Translations under genes and position numbers: made by a program
The notes under the pieces: model-generated
Told to the model about the DNA's origin: nothing
Seen by the model: only the letters and a program-made list of their open reading frames with translations
Databases searched by the model: none
NCBI RefSeq assembly: GCF_030028105.1
Contig: NC_092371.1
Location: forward strand, 14,405,884-14,469,883
Origin: Mobula birostris
Taxonomy: Eukaryota
Direction of reading: 5' to 3'
DNA length: 64,000 nucleotides
Part shown: piece after piece, positions 1 to 12,809 of the stretch
How the letters are laid out: the number at the start of each line of letters is the position of its first letter
How positions within the stretch are numbered: the stretch's first letter is position 1

Positions 1-1383
1 CTGCCAATGATGGTAGAAAGAGGATGATTTAGCAAATTAATGCTCGACTGCGAAGCTGCTGCAGGGGGCGGGGCTTCAGGAGCATTGGGATCTCTTCTGG
101 AGGAGGTATGACCTGTTCAGAATAATAATGTGAGCTGACTTGATGATTTTCGCCCGGTAGCACTCACATCTGCAGTGATGGAATACTTTAAGAGCCTGGC
201 CATGACTACACTGAACACCTGCCTCAGCAAGGACCTGGACCTATTGCAATTTGCCGATCGCTACAATAGGTAAACGGCAGATGAAATCTGAATGGCTCTT
301 CACACGGTTTTCGACCAGCTGGACACCACAAATATCAATGTCAGAATGCTGCTTGTCGACTATAGATCAGCACTGAATACCATTATTCCCACAGTCCTGA
401 CCGAGAAGAAGCAGAACCTGGGTCTCTGTACTTCCCTCTGCAATTGGATCCTCGACTTCCGAACTGAAATACCTCAATCTGTGCTGATTGGAGATAACAT
501 CACCTTCTCTCTGACGATCAACACTGGTGCACCTCAGGGGTGTGTGCTTAGCACACTGATCTAATCTTTACATACCCATGACCGTGTGGCTATGCGTAGC
601 TCAATTATCATCTATACATTTTCTGATGATACAACCATTGTTTGCAGAATCTCAGGTGGTGACGAGTGCGCGGACAGGAGTGAGGTATGCCAACTAGAGG
701 AGTGCTGTCTCAGTAACAACCTGGCATTCAACGTCAGTAAGACGAAAGAGCTAATTGTGGACTTCCGGAAGGGTAAGGCGATGAAACACATACTAATCCA
801 CACAGAGGGATCAGAAGTGGAGAGAGTGAGCAGTTTCAAGTTCCTTGCTGTCAAGATCTCTGAGGACCAAACCTGGTCCCAACATATTAATGTAGCTATT
901 AATATTAAAGTAGGAAAGAGAGTGGTTATGCTTCACTGGGAGTTTAAAGAGATTTGGTATTCTAACAAATACACTCAAAAGCTTCTATAGATGTAACGTA
1001 GAGAGCATTCTGACAGGCTGCATCACTGTTTGGTGTGTGGGGGGGGGGGCGCTACTGCACAGGACCGAAAAAAAGCTGCAGAGGGTTATAGATTTAGTCG
1101 GCTCCATCTTGAGTACTAGCCTGTTACGTACTCAGGGCATCTTCAAGGAGTGGTGTTTCAGAAAGGCAATATCCATTTTTAAGGACCTTCAGCACCCAGT
1201 GCATGCCCTTTGCTCATTGTTACCATTGGATAGGAGATACAGAAGCCTGAAGGCATACACTCAGCGATTCAGGAACAGTTTCTTCCCCTCTGCCATCCCA
1301 TTCTGGTCTTTTTGCACGATTTTTAATATATTCAATATATAAATACGGTAATTGATTTTCTTCTTCTTCTTCTTCTTCTTCTT

Positions 1384-1414
<31 letters not shown>

Positions 1415-1712
1415 TTTTATTTTGTTTTTTTTCCCCATATTATGTATTGCATTGAACTGCTGCAGCTAAGTTAGAAAATTTGACGTCACATTGATCCTCT
1501 GGACACTATCTAAAATTTAATATATATTATTTCTGGGTTTTGCACGATTTGAATCTATTTCATATACGAATACTGTAATTGATATAGCTATTACTATTAT
1601 TATTATTTTATTTTATTTTGTATATTATGTATTGCATTGAACTGCTGCAGCTAAATTAACAAATTTGACGTCACATGCCGGTGATAATAATCCTGATTCT
1701 GATTCTGATTCC
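1..1712 (+). mobile_element. Rex1/Babar-clade non-LTR retrotransposon, 3' part (degenerate RT)
   Basis: TGAPQGCVLS, FSDDTT, AFNVSKTKELIVDFRK, RFRNSFFPSAI; duplicated 3' UTR and (GATTCT)n tail at about 1694-1711. Confidence 0.85.
1358..1413 (+). repeat. (TTC)n microsatellite
   Basis: Uninterrupted TTC run. Confidence 0.95.
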
Positions 1713-2615
1713 GACTTTTCCGGTTTTCCCCAGTTTCTGTTGAGGCAGCTGATTCTCGTTTGGGCTGGCTTCAGGATTCAGCCTCTGGCTGCTGGATTGT
1801 TACCGTCCATACTCCGTGTCTGAATCACTTCTGTTCCCCTTCCTTCTGTTGTCTCGTCTGAAGCCTCGCCTCAAATCTTGCCTCGACTGAAGCCTCACCT
1901 CAAGCCTTGCCTCGTCTGAAGTCTAGCCTCAAACCTTTCCTCGGCTGGAGTCTTGCTTCGCCTGTAACCCCTGCAGGCAACCTTCGCCTGCACCGCTGTC
2001 AAGTTCAACCACCGGAGCAAGATAGGAGCTGTCTATCGTTGTTTTGAACTGTCTTTGTGTCCTCGCCTTTGCTAGGTAGGTCCGGCCGTTTGCCGCTACC
2101 TAGAGTTGAGAACCATCTGTATGCACGCCTTCGCTAAGTAGGTCCGACCGTTTGCCGCTACCTTGTGTTGTGTACCATCTCTTCATATTCTGCGTTCTGT
2201 GTGCCGAGTCCCGGCCCTGTTTCCAAGGAGGGGTCCCGGCTTTGTGTTCCATGTTCCTGCTCTCCCAAGACCGTGGCTCTGTGATCCATGTTCCTGCTCT
2301 CCAAAGACCATGTCATGTCCTTGCCTAGATCTGGGGTCCGAGCCCGAGTCAAGACCCAGATTTAGGGTCTTTGCCCAGTTTCTGGCTCGGAGTCCAAGCC
2401 CAGGTTCCTAGTTCCAAGTACCATGTCCTGGTTCCGCTATCCCAGTCAAGTCCTGGTCCAGGCCCTGTATCTTTGTCTCGCCCAGGGCCTGTGTCATGTC
2501 TAGCGTCCTTTCTTCCCCACTTCTCTTGCCTTCTTGACACTCCTAGTCCAGTTTCTAGTATGTCAGTGTCTGTGCCTTGCATTTGGGTCTGTTTCCAACG
2601 ACCTCCCATGTGACA
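1713..2615 (+). mobile_element. Solo LTR-like element (family A), 5' end interrupted by the Rex element
   Basis: Shares blocks (gctaggtaggtccggccgtttgccgctacc; tccgagcccgagtcaagacc; cttgcatttgggtc) with the other copies; ends TGTGACA at 2615. Confidence 0.65.
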
Positions 2616-3010
2616 GGACGTAGTTCAATAGGTTGGGTCTTTATTGCCTTATCCATAGAAGACTGAGAGGTGATTTGATAATGCAAAATTATGAGGCGTA
2701 AATGAAAGCGAATGTTTTCCTCGGGAAGTTGTCTGAGACTACCGATAGAGTCCATGGGTTAAGGGTGAAAGATGGAAGGGTCAAGGGGAGCATGAGGAGC
2801 AACGTCTTCACTCAGATGGCAAGGAGAATGCCGAACGCGTTGCCAGCTGACGTTATGGATGCGAGTTCGATTTCAACATTTAAGAAAAAATGAAGAGTTT
2901 TGTGGATGGGAGAGGAGTGGAGGGCAATGCTCCGTGTGCAGTTCGACGGGATGGGGCAGCTTAATGTTTCGCCCCAGACTAAATGGGTCAAATCCTGCTT
3001 CTGCGCTGCG
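2616..3010 (+). mobile_element. CR1 LINE 3' end
   Basis: HGLRVK/GxMRSNVFTQ-type CR1 C-terminus and 3' UTR. Confidence 0.7.
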
Positions 3011-3746
3011 GTGTTCTAAGACCCAATGAATCTCTTGTTGAATCCCCAAATTACGTATCTATTGAAGTCATTGGTACTTTTAGGTTAGTGGAGGGTAACA
3101 GTATAAGAGGATTGGCAAATTGTACTGGCGGAGTAGGTGCATTTTCGTAGTTGCACTGTGACAGTATCGCACTGCTCGATCGTACAAGCCTCTCGAAAAT
3201 TAGCTGTCTAAAGCATATTGGATTAAATAAACCCAATGTCGAACAATACTGATTCCTTCCCAGTGTATAGAGGTGACGGCGGTCACTCAAACAACTGGAG
3301 GAAAATCGATGACCCAATCTGTTTATTTGACTCTCTGTTCCATTCTTTAGAAGAGAGCCCACAAACCAAGAGGTTTATTGATTTTTTACTCTTGTTGGAA
3401 TGTTCGGAAGTGTGACAGGACATATGAAAATCAAAGCTCATTTTTTGTTATCTTATCATGTCTCGTCTGAGACACTTCCTTAGTGTTCTCTGCTACCGCT
3501 ACATTGCCACTCGTGGAACTTCCAAGCAGCTCCTTTTCCCGCTTCTATGCCCCATACCCACCGCCGGCTATGCCTGTGCCCATCTCGTGACCAATACACT
3601 TCAACTTAAAGAACTGACAAACAAACTTGGTTTCAGAATTTGCTGGCTGTTATTGGGAACAGGTCTGTACAATATTGTGACGTGCTGAAACATCATCAGC
3701 ATTCTGCGCATAATGTTCTTCATATTTTGCCATAATTGAATTTCAC

Positions 3747-4044
3747 CTGATGGAGTAGTTCATTGTCTGAAAAGAAACAAATCAACTCCACCCATTATCC
3801 GGGAGCGTATGCAAATTCGGCTTAATAATACTTCAGAAAATTTGTGAAGACTCCCATTATATTCTTTTCCAGAGAACTTAAACTCGCAGGTTTCTTCAGT
3901 TGATTTATATGTGCTTCTGGCCTTAAAGTCACGTGTCAGCGGAATTTCAGTCTTTGCACCTGTTTAGGCCGTGAGCTTTTCGGCTGCATATTTCCTGCAC
4001 GAAAACCAGCAATGTGGAAGTTTCATAGCATATATTTAAATTCC
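3747..4044 (-). pseudogene. Possible decayed TM exon (3960-4044) and 20-nt cytoplasmic micro-exon (3747-3766)
   Basis: NLNICYE-TSTLLVFV..RK partly resembles ELCH..TLVF..RK. Micro-exon ttcttttcag|ACAATGAACTACTCCATCAG|GTGAAA is phase 1 to 0, like exon 5 of the intact gene. Confidence 0.22.
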
Positions 4045-4248
4045 CTACGAATTTGAGGTTTCAGCGCTGATTTTAATGCGGAGATTATGGTGATCTGAAA
4101 TGCGATTCTGATGACTGGTTAGAAAGAAGGCGAAAACTGTTGCTTGTTGTTGATGGTGACAGTTGAACTGAGTTATGGGAAAGTTCAGAATGAGGCACAT
4201 AACCTTGAAATCAAAGGCAGACTGCTCAGCAGTGGTCTCAGCCAGAAC

Positions 4249-4535
4249 CTTTTCTCAAATTCACTGACTTTAATGCGAGCAAAGTTAGAGGGAAAAGAAA
4301 ACGATAAACGCGAGGCCAAAAGGGACCGTTAACTAAAACTCTCAAAGAGAAAACGAAGCCTATACTGCGGTTGAAAGAAATAACTAAATATCAAACGAAG
4401 ACTACCAGTCTTCAGAGTTAGTTGACTCGACAGTCCAATTTTTTAGGCAAGACCGAATGCAAGCAGGCAGACAAGCGTTGCTGTGCCGGTTTCCAATCTC
4501 GACAATCACTACGACGGAAAGAATGGAGTCAAATA
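4249..4535 (-). pseudogene. Decayed C1-set Ig exon
   Basis: Across frameshifts and stops reads DS.LSVVVI, ETGTATLVCLL, NWTVE, QYRL, LTVP, W..VYRF, KSVNLRK G|GT. W-to-YRL spacing is 73 nt vs 72 in the IgL C; length 287 nt vs 291 for the intact C1 exon. Confidence 0.45.
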
Positions 4536-4679
4536 CTACCACGATGTGATAATAATTAGCTGACACGTGCATATCCAGGAGCAAAATTGCACATCTGCTT
4601 CGCTGCCGAATCCGTGGTTATGAAATCAGTGTATGTGTCAGCGTAGATATTGCTTAAGTACTCCAAAGTAAAGACATTT

Positions 4680-5815
4680 TGGATGAAATTACAAAGTTCA
4701 AGGTAACCTTATCATCAAAGTACACATATGTCACCAAATACAAAGCTAAGATTCGTTTCCCTGCGGGCATAGTCAGTAAGTCCACGAACCACAACAGAAT
4801 CAATGAAATACCGCACCCAATAAAATGGGCATAGAAGCTGTGAGCAAAAGACAACAAACTGTATAAATACAAAATAAAAATAAAGAAATAATAATAAATA
4901 AATAACCGATACAATAGGCAATAGGTAAATTGGAGATGATGCAGGTCGTTTCTCAGGCAGCAGTTGATATCTTTCATCACCAACATCTGAAAGCGCTTCA
5001 TCACGGTCAGTGAGGAAGATTCCCACGATCTTCTTAGGCTCTGGTATAATTGAAACCCGCCTGAAGAATGCAAACACATCACATTGCTGAAGAATGAGTT
5101 TAAAGATATTGGTGAACCCTCCAGCCAGTAGATTGGCACAGGTTTTTTTTTTCAAACCCGGCCAGGTACTCCTTTTGGGCCGGATGCTTTCCGTGAGTTC
5201 ACTCGTCTGAAGGATGCTCACACTTCAAGCTGAAGAATAAGATCACAGGGCCATCATGGGCTGTAGGAGTTCCTGAACGTTCCTCCATGTTTTGACGGTC
5301 AAATCGACTTCAGAAGACATTGAGCTCATCTGGCTCCGAAGCCCTGCTCTTTCATATGTAACTGAGTTTCAGTTGATAAGAGCAAATGACATTCAAGCCT
5401 TCCCACAGCCGTCGAGCATCCTCCAGTGATTGAAGAGTAGTCCGGAATTGCTATTTCGCTCGTGAGTTGGCTTTCCGGAGATCGTACCTGGACGTCTTGT
5501 ATCCTACTTGCTTGCCAGATCTGAAGTCCAGTGCTCTAGCCCTCTTCAGATTGAGGATCTCATAGCTCAACCAGGGTCTCTGATGTGGAAAGGATCTGAA
5601 TGATTTTGTGAGTACGCACTCGTGTACGGCTGGTTTTAGAAACTCCGTGACAACCGTTCTGTGTTCATTCAGATACTCAGATGTTTCATTGAACGTGTAT
5701 CAGTCCATCGACTAGAAGCAGTCCCGTAGCCCATCCCCAGCTTTCTGCGACCGTCCCTTTGTTGTCCCCTTGTTGGGCACGAGGCGAGAAAACCCATCCT
5801 GCAAAAACGCAGAAC
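4680..5815 (-). mobile_element. Rex1/Babar-clade LINE fragment
   Basis: CANLLAGGFTNIFKL..SIIPEPKK; FPHQRPW..YDLRKA.SRAK; typical 3' UTR. Confidence 0.75.
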
Positions 5816-5817
5816 CA

Positions 5818-7810
5818 GAGCGTGTATCAGTACTTGGAGCTATGATGTTGTGGCCATCACAGAGACTTGGATGATGCAGGGGCAGGAATGGCTACTTCAA
5901 GTGCCAGGGTTTAGATGATACAAAAAGGACAGGGATGGAAGCAAAAGAGCTGAGAGCGTGATCAAAGATAGTGTCACGGCTGCAGAAAAGGAGGAAGTCA
6001 AGGAGAGGTTGTCTCGGGAGTCTCTGTGGGTGGAAGGGGACAATAAATCTACTGAGTGTTATTTATAGACTACCCAACAGTAACAGAGACATCGAGGAGC
6101 AGATAGGGAGTCAGATTCTGGAAAGGAGTACTAATACCAGGGTTCTCTTGGTGGGAGATTTAATTTCACATATATTGATTGGCATCTCCCTATAGTGAGG
6201 GGTTTAAATGTGGTAGGGTTTGTTAGATGTGTTCAAGAGGTTTCTTGACACAATATGTAGATAGGCCTACAAGAGGAGAGGCTGTACTTGATCTGGTCAG
6301 GTGTTAGATCTCTCAGTGGGAGAACATTTTTGAGATAGTGATCACAATCCTTTCTCCTTTACCATAGCATTGGCGAGGGATAGAAACGGACAAGTTAGGA
6401 CAACGTTCAATTGGAGTAAGGGGAAATATGAAGCTACCAGACAGAAACTTGGAAGCATAAATTGGGAACAGATGTTCTCAGGGAAATATCGCAAATGTTC
6501 AGGGAGTATTTGCGTGGAGTTAGGCATAGGTACATTCCAATGAGGCAGTGAAAGGATGGTACGGTTCAGTAACCGTGGTGTACAAAGGCTGTTGTAAATC
6601 TAGTCAGGAAGAAAAGACAACCTTATGAAAAGTTAAAAAACAAGGTAACGATAGAGATCTAGAAGATTATAAGGCAAGCAGGAAGGAGCTTAGGAATGAA
6701 ATCTAGAGAGCCAGAAGGGGCCATAAGAAAGTCTTGCCGGACAGGATTAAGGAAACCCGCAAGGCATTCTACAAGTATGTGAACAGCAAGAGGATAAGAC
6801 CTTAGAGAATAGGACCAATCAAGTGTGACAGTCGAAAAGTGTGTATGAAAGGATATGGCAGAGGTACTTAATGAATAATTTGATATCGTATTCAGAACGG
6901 AAAAGGATCTTGGCGATTGTAGGGATGACTTGCAGCGGACTGAAAAGCTTGAGGATGAAGATACTCAGAAAGTGGATGAGCTGGAGCTTTTCGAAAGCAT
7001 CAAGTTGGATAAGTCACCTGGACCGTAAGGGATGTGCCCCGCGCTACTGTAGGAAGCGAGGGAGGAGATTGCTGGGATTCTGGCCATGATCTTTGCATCA
7101 TCATTGCGGACGGGGTAGGTTGTGGAGGATTGGAGGTTTACGGATCTTATTCAATTATTCAATAAAGTGAGTCGGGATAGCCCAGCAATTCTTACTTCAA
7201 TGGTTGGTAAGTTGATGATGAAGATCCGGAGAGGCAAGATTTATGAACACTTGGAGAGGCATAATATGATGAAGAATAGTCAGCATGGCTTTGTCAAAGG
7301 CAGGTCGTGCCTTACAAGCCTGATTGAATTTTTTGAGGATGTGACTAAACACATTGATGAAGGTAAAGCCATAGATGTAGAGTATATTGATTTTTTAGCA
7401 AGGCAGTTGATAAGGTACCCCATGCAAGGCTTATTGGGCAAGTAAGGAAGCATAGATTCGAAGGGGACAATGCGTTCTGGATCCAGAACTGGCTTGCCCA
7501 CAAAAGGCAAAGAGTGGTTGTAGACGGGTCATATTCTGCATGGAGGCCGGTAACCAGGGATGTCTTCAGAGACCCTTACTCTTTGTGATTTTTATAAATG
7601 ACCTGCATGAGGAAGTGAAGGGATGGGTTAGTAAATCTGCTGATGAAACAAAGTTTGGGAGTGTTGTGGATAGTGTAGAGTTCTTCAGAGTTAACCGCTG
7701 GACATTCATAGGATGCAAGATTGAGCTGAGAAGTGGCAGATGGAGTTCAACCCAGGTAAGTGTGAGGTGGTTCATTTTGGTAGGTCAAATATTATGGCAG
7801 AATATAACAT
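5818..7810 (+). mobile_element. CR1 LINE ORF2 (endonuclease-RT), degenerate, cut off by an L1 insertion
   Basis: IYRLPNSNRDIEEQI, SQHGFVKGRSCLTSLIEFFE, PLLFVIFINDL, ADETK. Confidence 0.85.
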
Positions 7811-7823
7811 TAATACACTTTCC

Positions 7824-10800
7824 TGTAATAAGGCGGTGGCTGGGAACGGACGCAATTGCAAGACACAGACACTGAAGTACTAGGGACAGGACTAAGATAC
7901 CGGCCGAAGGCAAGGACATGGACAGGAAAACCAGGAACCTGGAACAGGACTGGACAAGAGAGCTAGGAGCCCGGGCTTGGACTCCGAGCCAGAGACTGGA
8001 CCAGGAGCCAGAGGCTGGACCAAGACCCACTACCTGGGTCTTGCCTCTGGCTCCGACCCCAGAACTTGGCAAGGACGATGCTTGGCAGGCAGGCAGGACG
8101 AGGATGGAGTCTTCAGGTTTGAGGCTAGAGGCGAGGCTTGGCAGGAAGCAGGAGGCTGGAGTCTTCAGGCTTGAGGCTGAAGGCGAAGCTTGGTAGGAGT
8201 CAGGAGGGTGGAGTCTTCAGGCTTGGGTCTAGAGGCTAGAGACTTGAGGCCTGGCTTGGCCGGAGGCAGGAGGCTGGAGTCTTCAGGCTTGAGGCTAGGC
8301 AGGATGCTGGAGCCTTCAGCCGTGAGGCAAGAGTCCCCTCCTGGGCAGGGCGCGGTACTGATGGGCAGGGCGCGGATATTCACTCGACGGAGGCTAGGGA
8401 CAGGAAGGGACAGAACCAACCGCAGGTAACGGCAATACGGCCTGGCTTACCCGGCGGAGGCAAGGGACAGGAAGGGAGCTAGGTACAGGGTGACTCCAGG
8501 ACAAGACTGCAGGCGAGACGAGGCGAGAGTTACCAGCAAGACCAGGCAAAGCTTCAGGCACTGCAAGGCGAAGCTGGAACTTCAGGCGAGGCGAGAGTTA
8601 CCGGCAAAACCAAAAAAGGCTTTAGGCAATGCAAGGCGAAACGAGAACTTCAGGCAAAGCGAGAGTTACCGCCAAGGCTTCAGGCGAGGGAACAGAAAGC
8701 AGAATAAGGGATACAAGGAGTAAGGACAAGAACAATCCAGCAGCCACGCCCTGGTCTCTGAAGGTATTTATGCAGTCAGCACCAACGAGCATCAGCCATC
8801 TCAATTAGAGCTCAACAAGAACAGAAATAGGGTAGACAGGTAAACCTGCAGCAAGGGTCGAGCCCTTGGATAAGGATCCAGAAACTGGGTCTTGACTCGG
8901 GCTCGGACCCCGGAAAGGCTAGGACATGACGTGGCTACAGGACTGGACATGGCTTTAATTCTTCATGGCTTGGACAAGACGAAGCTTGCGTTCGGACTCC
9001 GAGACAAAGACTGGACAAGGACCCAAAACCTTAAGGGAGTACTAAGAGATAGAATCTACAAGCATTTGGATAGACAGGGGCTTATTAGGGGGAGTCAACA
9101 TGGCTTTGTACGTGGTAGGTCATGTTTGACAAATCTGCTGGAGTTTTTCGAGGAGGTTACCAGGAAAGTGGATGAAGGGAAGGCAGTGGATATCGTCTAC
9201 ATGGACTTCAGTAAGGCCTTTGACAAGGTCCCGCATGGGAGGTTAGTTAGGAAAATTCAGTCGCTAGGTATACATGGAGAGGTGGTAAATTGGATTAGAC
9301 ATTGGCTCGATGGAAGAAGCCAGAGAGTGGTGGTACAGAATTGCTTCTCTGAGTGGAGGCCTGTGACTGGTGGTGTGCCACAGGGATCAGTGCTGGGTCC
9401 ATTGTTATTTGTCATCTATATCAATGATCTGGATGATAATGTGGTAAATTGGATCAGCAAGTTTGCTGATGATACAAAGATTGGAGGTGTAGTAGACAGT
9501 GAGGAAGGTTTTCAGAGCCTGCAGAGGGACTTGGACCAGCTGGAAAAATGGGCTGAAAAATGGCAGATGGAGTTTAATACTGACCAGTGTGAGGTTTTGC
9601 ACGTTGGAAGGACAAACCACCGTAGAACATACAGGGTTAATGGTAAGTCACTGAGGAGTGCAGTGGAACAAAGGGATCTGGGAATACAGATACAAAATTC
9701 CCTAAAAGTGTCGTCACACGTAGATAGGGTCGTAAAGAGAGCTTTTGGTACATTGGCCTTTATTAATCGAAGTATTGAGTATAAGAGCTGGAATGTTATG
9801 ATGAGGTTGTATAAGGCATTGGTGAAGCCGAATCTGGAGTATTGTGTTCAGTTTTGGTCACCAAATTACAGGAAGGATATAAATAAGGTTGAAAGGGTGC
9901 AGAGAAGGTTTACAAGGATGTTGCCGGGACTTGAGAAACTCAGTTACAGAGAAAGGTTGAATAGATTAGGACTTTATTCCCTGGAGCGTAGAAGAATGAG
10001 GGGAGATTTGATAGAGGTATATAAAATTATGATGGGTATAGATAGAGTGAACACAAGCAGGCTTTTTCCACTGAGGCAAGGGGAGAAAAAAAGCAGAGGA
10101 CATGGGTTAAGGGTGAGGGGGGAAAAGTTTAAAGGGAACATTAGGGGGTGGTTCTTCGCACAGAGAGGGGTGGGAGTATGGAATGAGCTGCCAGATGAGG
10201 TGGTAAATGCGGGTTATTTTTTAACATTTAAGAATAAATTGGACATATACATGGATGGGAGGTGTATGGAGGGATATGGTCCGTGTGCAGGTCAGTGGGA
10301 CTAGGCAGAAAATGGGTCGACACAGCCAAGAAGGGCCAAAGGGCCTGTTTCTGTGCTGTAGTTTCTATGGTTCTATGGTTCTATGGTTCTTGGTCTTGAC
10401 TCGGGCTCGGACTCCGGAACTAGGCGAAGACATGACGTGGTCTTGGGAGACAACACCAGGCGAGGCTACAGGACAGAACGAGAGAGTCCTGAGCAAGACG
10501 AGGGAACTCCAGCACAGGACGAAGCACATGGGCAGGACGAGAACACAAAGCCTTGGCTTGGACAGGACGAGGTTCATGGAAGTGGCATGGACAGGACGAT
10601 ACTCTTGGACGTGGCTTGGACAGGACGAGGGAACTCCAGCACCGGGCTGGCCGAGATACTCCTGGGCTGGGCGAGGCACATGGATAGGACAAGCCACTGG
10701 ACAGGATGAAAACACGAATCCTTGACTTGGTCGAGGGAGGCAGGAACGTGGACCATTGGTAATAATGAGAGACAGGAACATGGAACACAGAGCCGGAACC

Positions 10801-11318
10801 CCTCCTTGGAAACATGATGTTGGTCCGGTACTCATACACAGAGCACAGAGAGACAAATCTCCACTCAAGGTAGCGGCAAACGGCCGGACCTACCTAGCGA
10901 AGGCGTGGCCACAGAGACAGATCAAAACAATGACAGATACTTCCTATCTTGCTCCGGCGGTCGAATTTGACAGCCGTGCAGGCGAGCATTACAGGCGAGG
11001 CAAGGCTCCAGGCGGAACAAGGCGAGGCAAGGCGATGCAAGGCTCCAGGCTCGGCAAGGCACGGCTTCAGACACTGGTTGCAGGACAAGACTTCAGGAGG
11101 AAGGGGCAGAGACGGGATTCCGACAGGGTGGTTGGACAGGAACAATATCAGCAACTGAAGCCGAACCAAGGAGCTATATATGTAGCCAGCCCAAAATGTG
11201 AATCAGCTGACTCAATCGGAGCACCCAGCAGAAAACGGGAAAACCAGAAAGCCTGGAATAAAAAAAGATGGACCGGACCGTGAACCAGAATACAGACTTC
11301 ACTGACCGGACCATGACA
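7824..11318 (-). mobile_element. Composite LTR-like element (family A) with 5-bp TSD TTTCC, interrupted by CR1
   Basis: TGTAAT at 7824 and ACCATGACA at 11318; TTTCC at 7819-7823 and 11319-11323; no gag/pol seen. Confidence 0.8.
9033..10388 (+). mobile_element. Young 5'-truncated CR1 LINE with an uninterrupted RT C-terminal frame
   Basis: About 420 aa open (SQHGFVRGRSCLTNL, GVPQGSVLGP, FADDTK); (TTCTATGG)n tail at 10363-10390. Confidence 0.92.
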
Positions 11319-12809
11319 TTTCCAGGAGGCGCTCTTTGGCGTCGCTCTATTCCTTTTACCTCTTTTACCTGTAACCGCCCTTATTTACTTTATCTGTACC
11401 TACACTGAAGGGTTTATGCTACAAATATATCTTTTAACTTCGATTTTTATTTACTGAAAATGCTGACCAGAGGACGATCAGTTAAAAACGGAAATGAGTC
11501 CGATGGAAACGGAAAAAAAGATGGCAATCCGGAATCATCGAAGGAGACTCCATTAACTGTTGAAATAACGACGAAACTCCTCGAGAATACATTTAACCAA
11601 AGAGTTGCTGTGTTTGAAGAAGTTTTGAAGACGATTCAAGATGACGTTAAATCATTTAGACGCGAAGTTGATCAACAACAAATTAGAGCCTCTGAACTAG
11701 ATGAGGCTTGTCGGAAAAGGGATCGAAAAACTAAATCTCTTGAGAAAAATCTAACTTCGACAACTCAGTAGCTGGAGCGTTATAAAGCAAAGATTATCGA
11801 TCTTGAAAATCGTTCTCGACGACAGAATCTGCGAATAATCTGACTTCCTGAAGGTGTTGAGACGGGAGATCCCACTAAATACTTTTCCAAATTGTTAATG
11901 GATGTGTTTGGTTCAGACAATTTGGAGCAACCCCCATTGCTAGACCGCACATATCGTATTTTACACCCTAAACTTTCTAAACAATTTAAACCGCAGATGT
12001 CAGAACTGTATCGTAATGGCTACAAAATAGCGAAGCTACTCCCAGCCTGTTTGAGAGTTGTTATGGCGGATAATTCTTGTCGTTTGTTTAAAAATCCGGG
12101 GAAGCTCAAAGTTTTCTCGACAATTTGTCTTCCTCTGCTGAGGACTAATTAATGCACTGTTCTTCTGTTTTTATTTTAAACCTGTTTTTCGTTTTCTTTT
12201 TGTTTTGAAAAAAAGCTAATATCTAGCTTACAGATTTAGATTATTATATTTTGAAGGTTTTTGCCTTGATTCTGTAGTGTAGGTATTTTTCATATTTTTA
12301 AGTGAAAATACTCTTTTTTGTTCGTGATTTTGTGTATTTCACTTTTAATATTTTGCTTTTGAGAGTAATTTAGAAGCAGTTTAAATTTTTGATTTTCCTT
12401 TTTTTTTTGAAACGTTATTGGAGAAGTATTACATCTTAAGATGGTGGATTTCTTCGTTCTCCTTTTCAGAATATTCTATTCTTCTTGCGTCATTTCCGAT
12501 TATTTATATATATAAAAAACAATAATATGAACTGGCGCTTGGTCTTTTTTTTTGAAATATGAGTAAAACGTAACTCTTTTGTGTGAGTAATTGTAATCTT
12601 TTCCTTACATTTATAGTAATTGCTTTTTTTAAAAAAATAAAACACTTTTTTTGACCATGGATGTTGCTTTTCACTATAAACATATTTCTTTTCGGTTGCC
12701 TTCTGGAAAGACGGGGTTAGATTTAGCAGTAGATTTAGCATTGGCCACTTTCTGTCTTTCTTCTGGGTTTTTAATGGAGAGGGGTTGGTATTTTTGTTCT
12801 TACTTTTAA
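11319..12809 (+). mobile_element. L1/Tx1-type LINE 5' part (degenerate ORF1 and inter-ORF region)
   Basis: Coiled-coil ORF then IIDLENRSRRQNLRII.LPEGVETGDP, an L1 ORF1 signature. The element begins about 7811, before the LTR insertion, and continues at 13657-13704. Confidence 0.75.

Noticed and set aside
3154-3160. RSS-like heptamer CACTGTG
   Set aside because: No nonamer at 12 or 23 bp and no adjacent gene segment.
3051-3362. 103-aa minus ORF with NYENAP as the terminal exon of the fossil gene
   Set aside because: Phase does not match the upstream micro-exon and several acceptors are possible; cannot be supported.
8892-10304. 470-aa ORF as a host gene
   Set aside because: Chimeric: the first ~46 codons are LTR repeat sequence fused in frame to a 5'-truncated CR1 RT.
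10255-11283. Many overlapping long ORFs (also 2158-2613, 7785-8804, 14632-15231, 38299-38896)
   Set aside because: Produced by stop-poor LTR tandem repeats; open in several frames, with no protein motifs.
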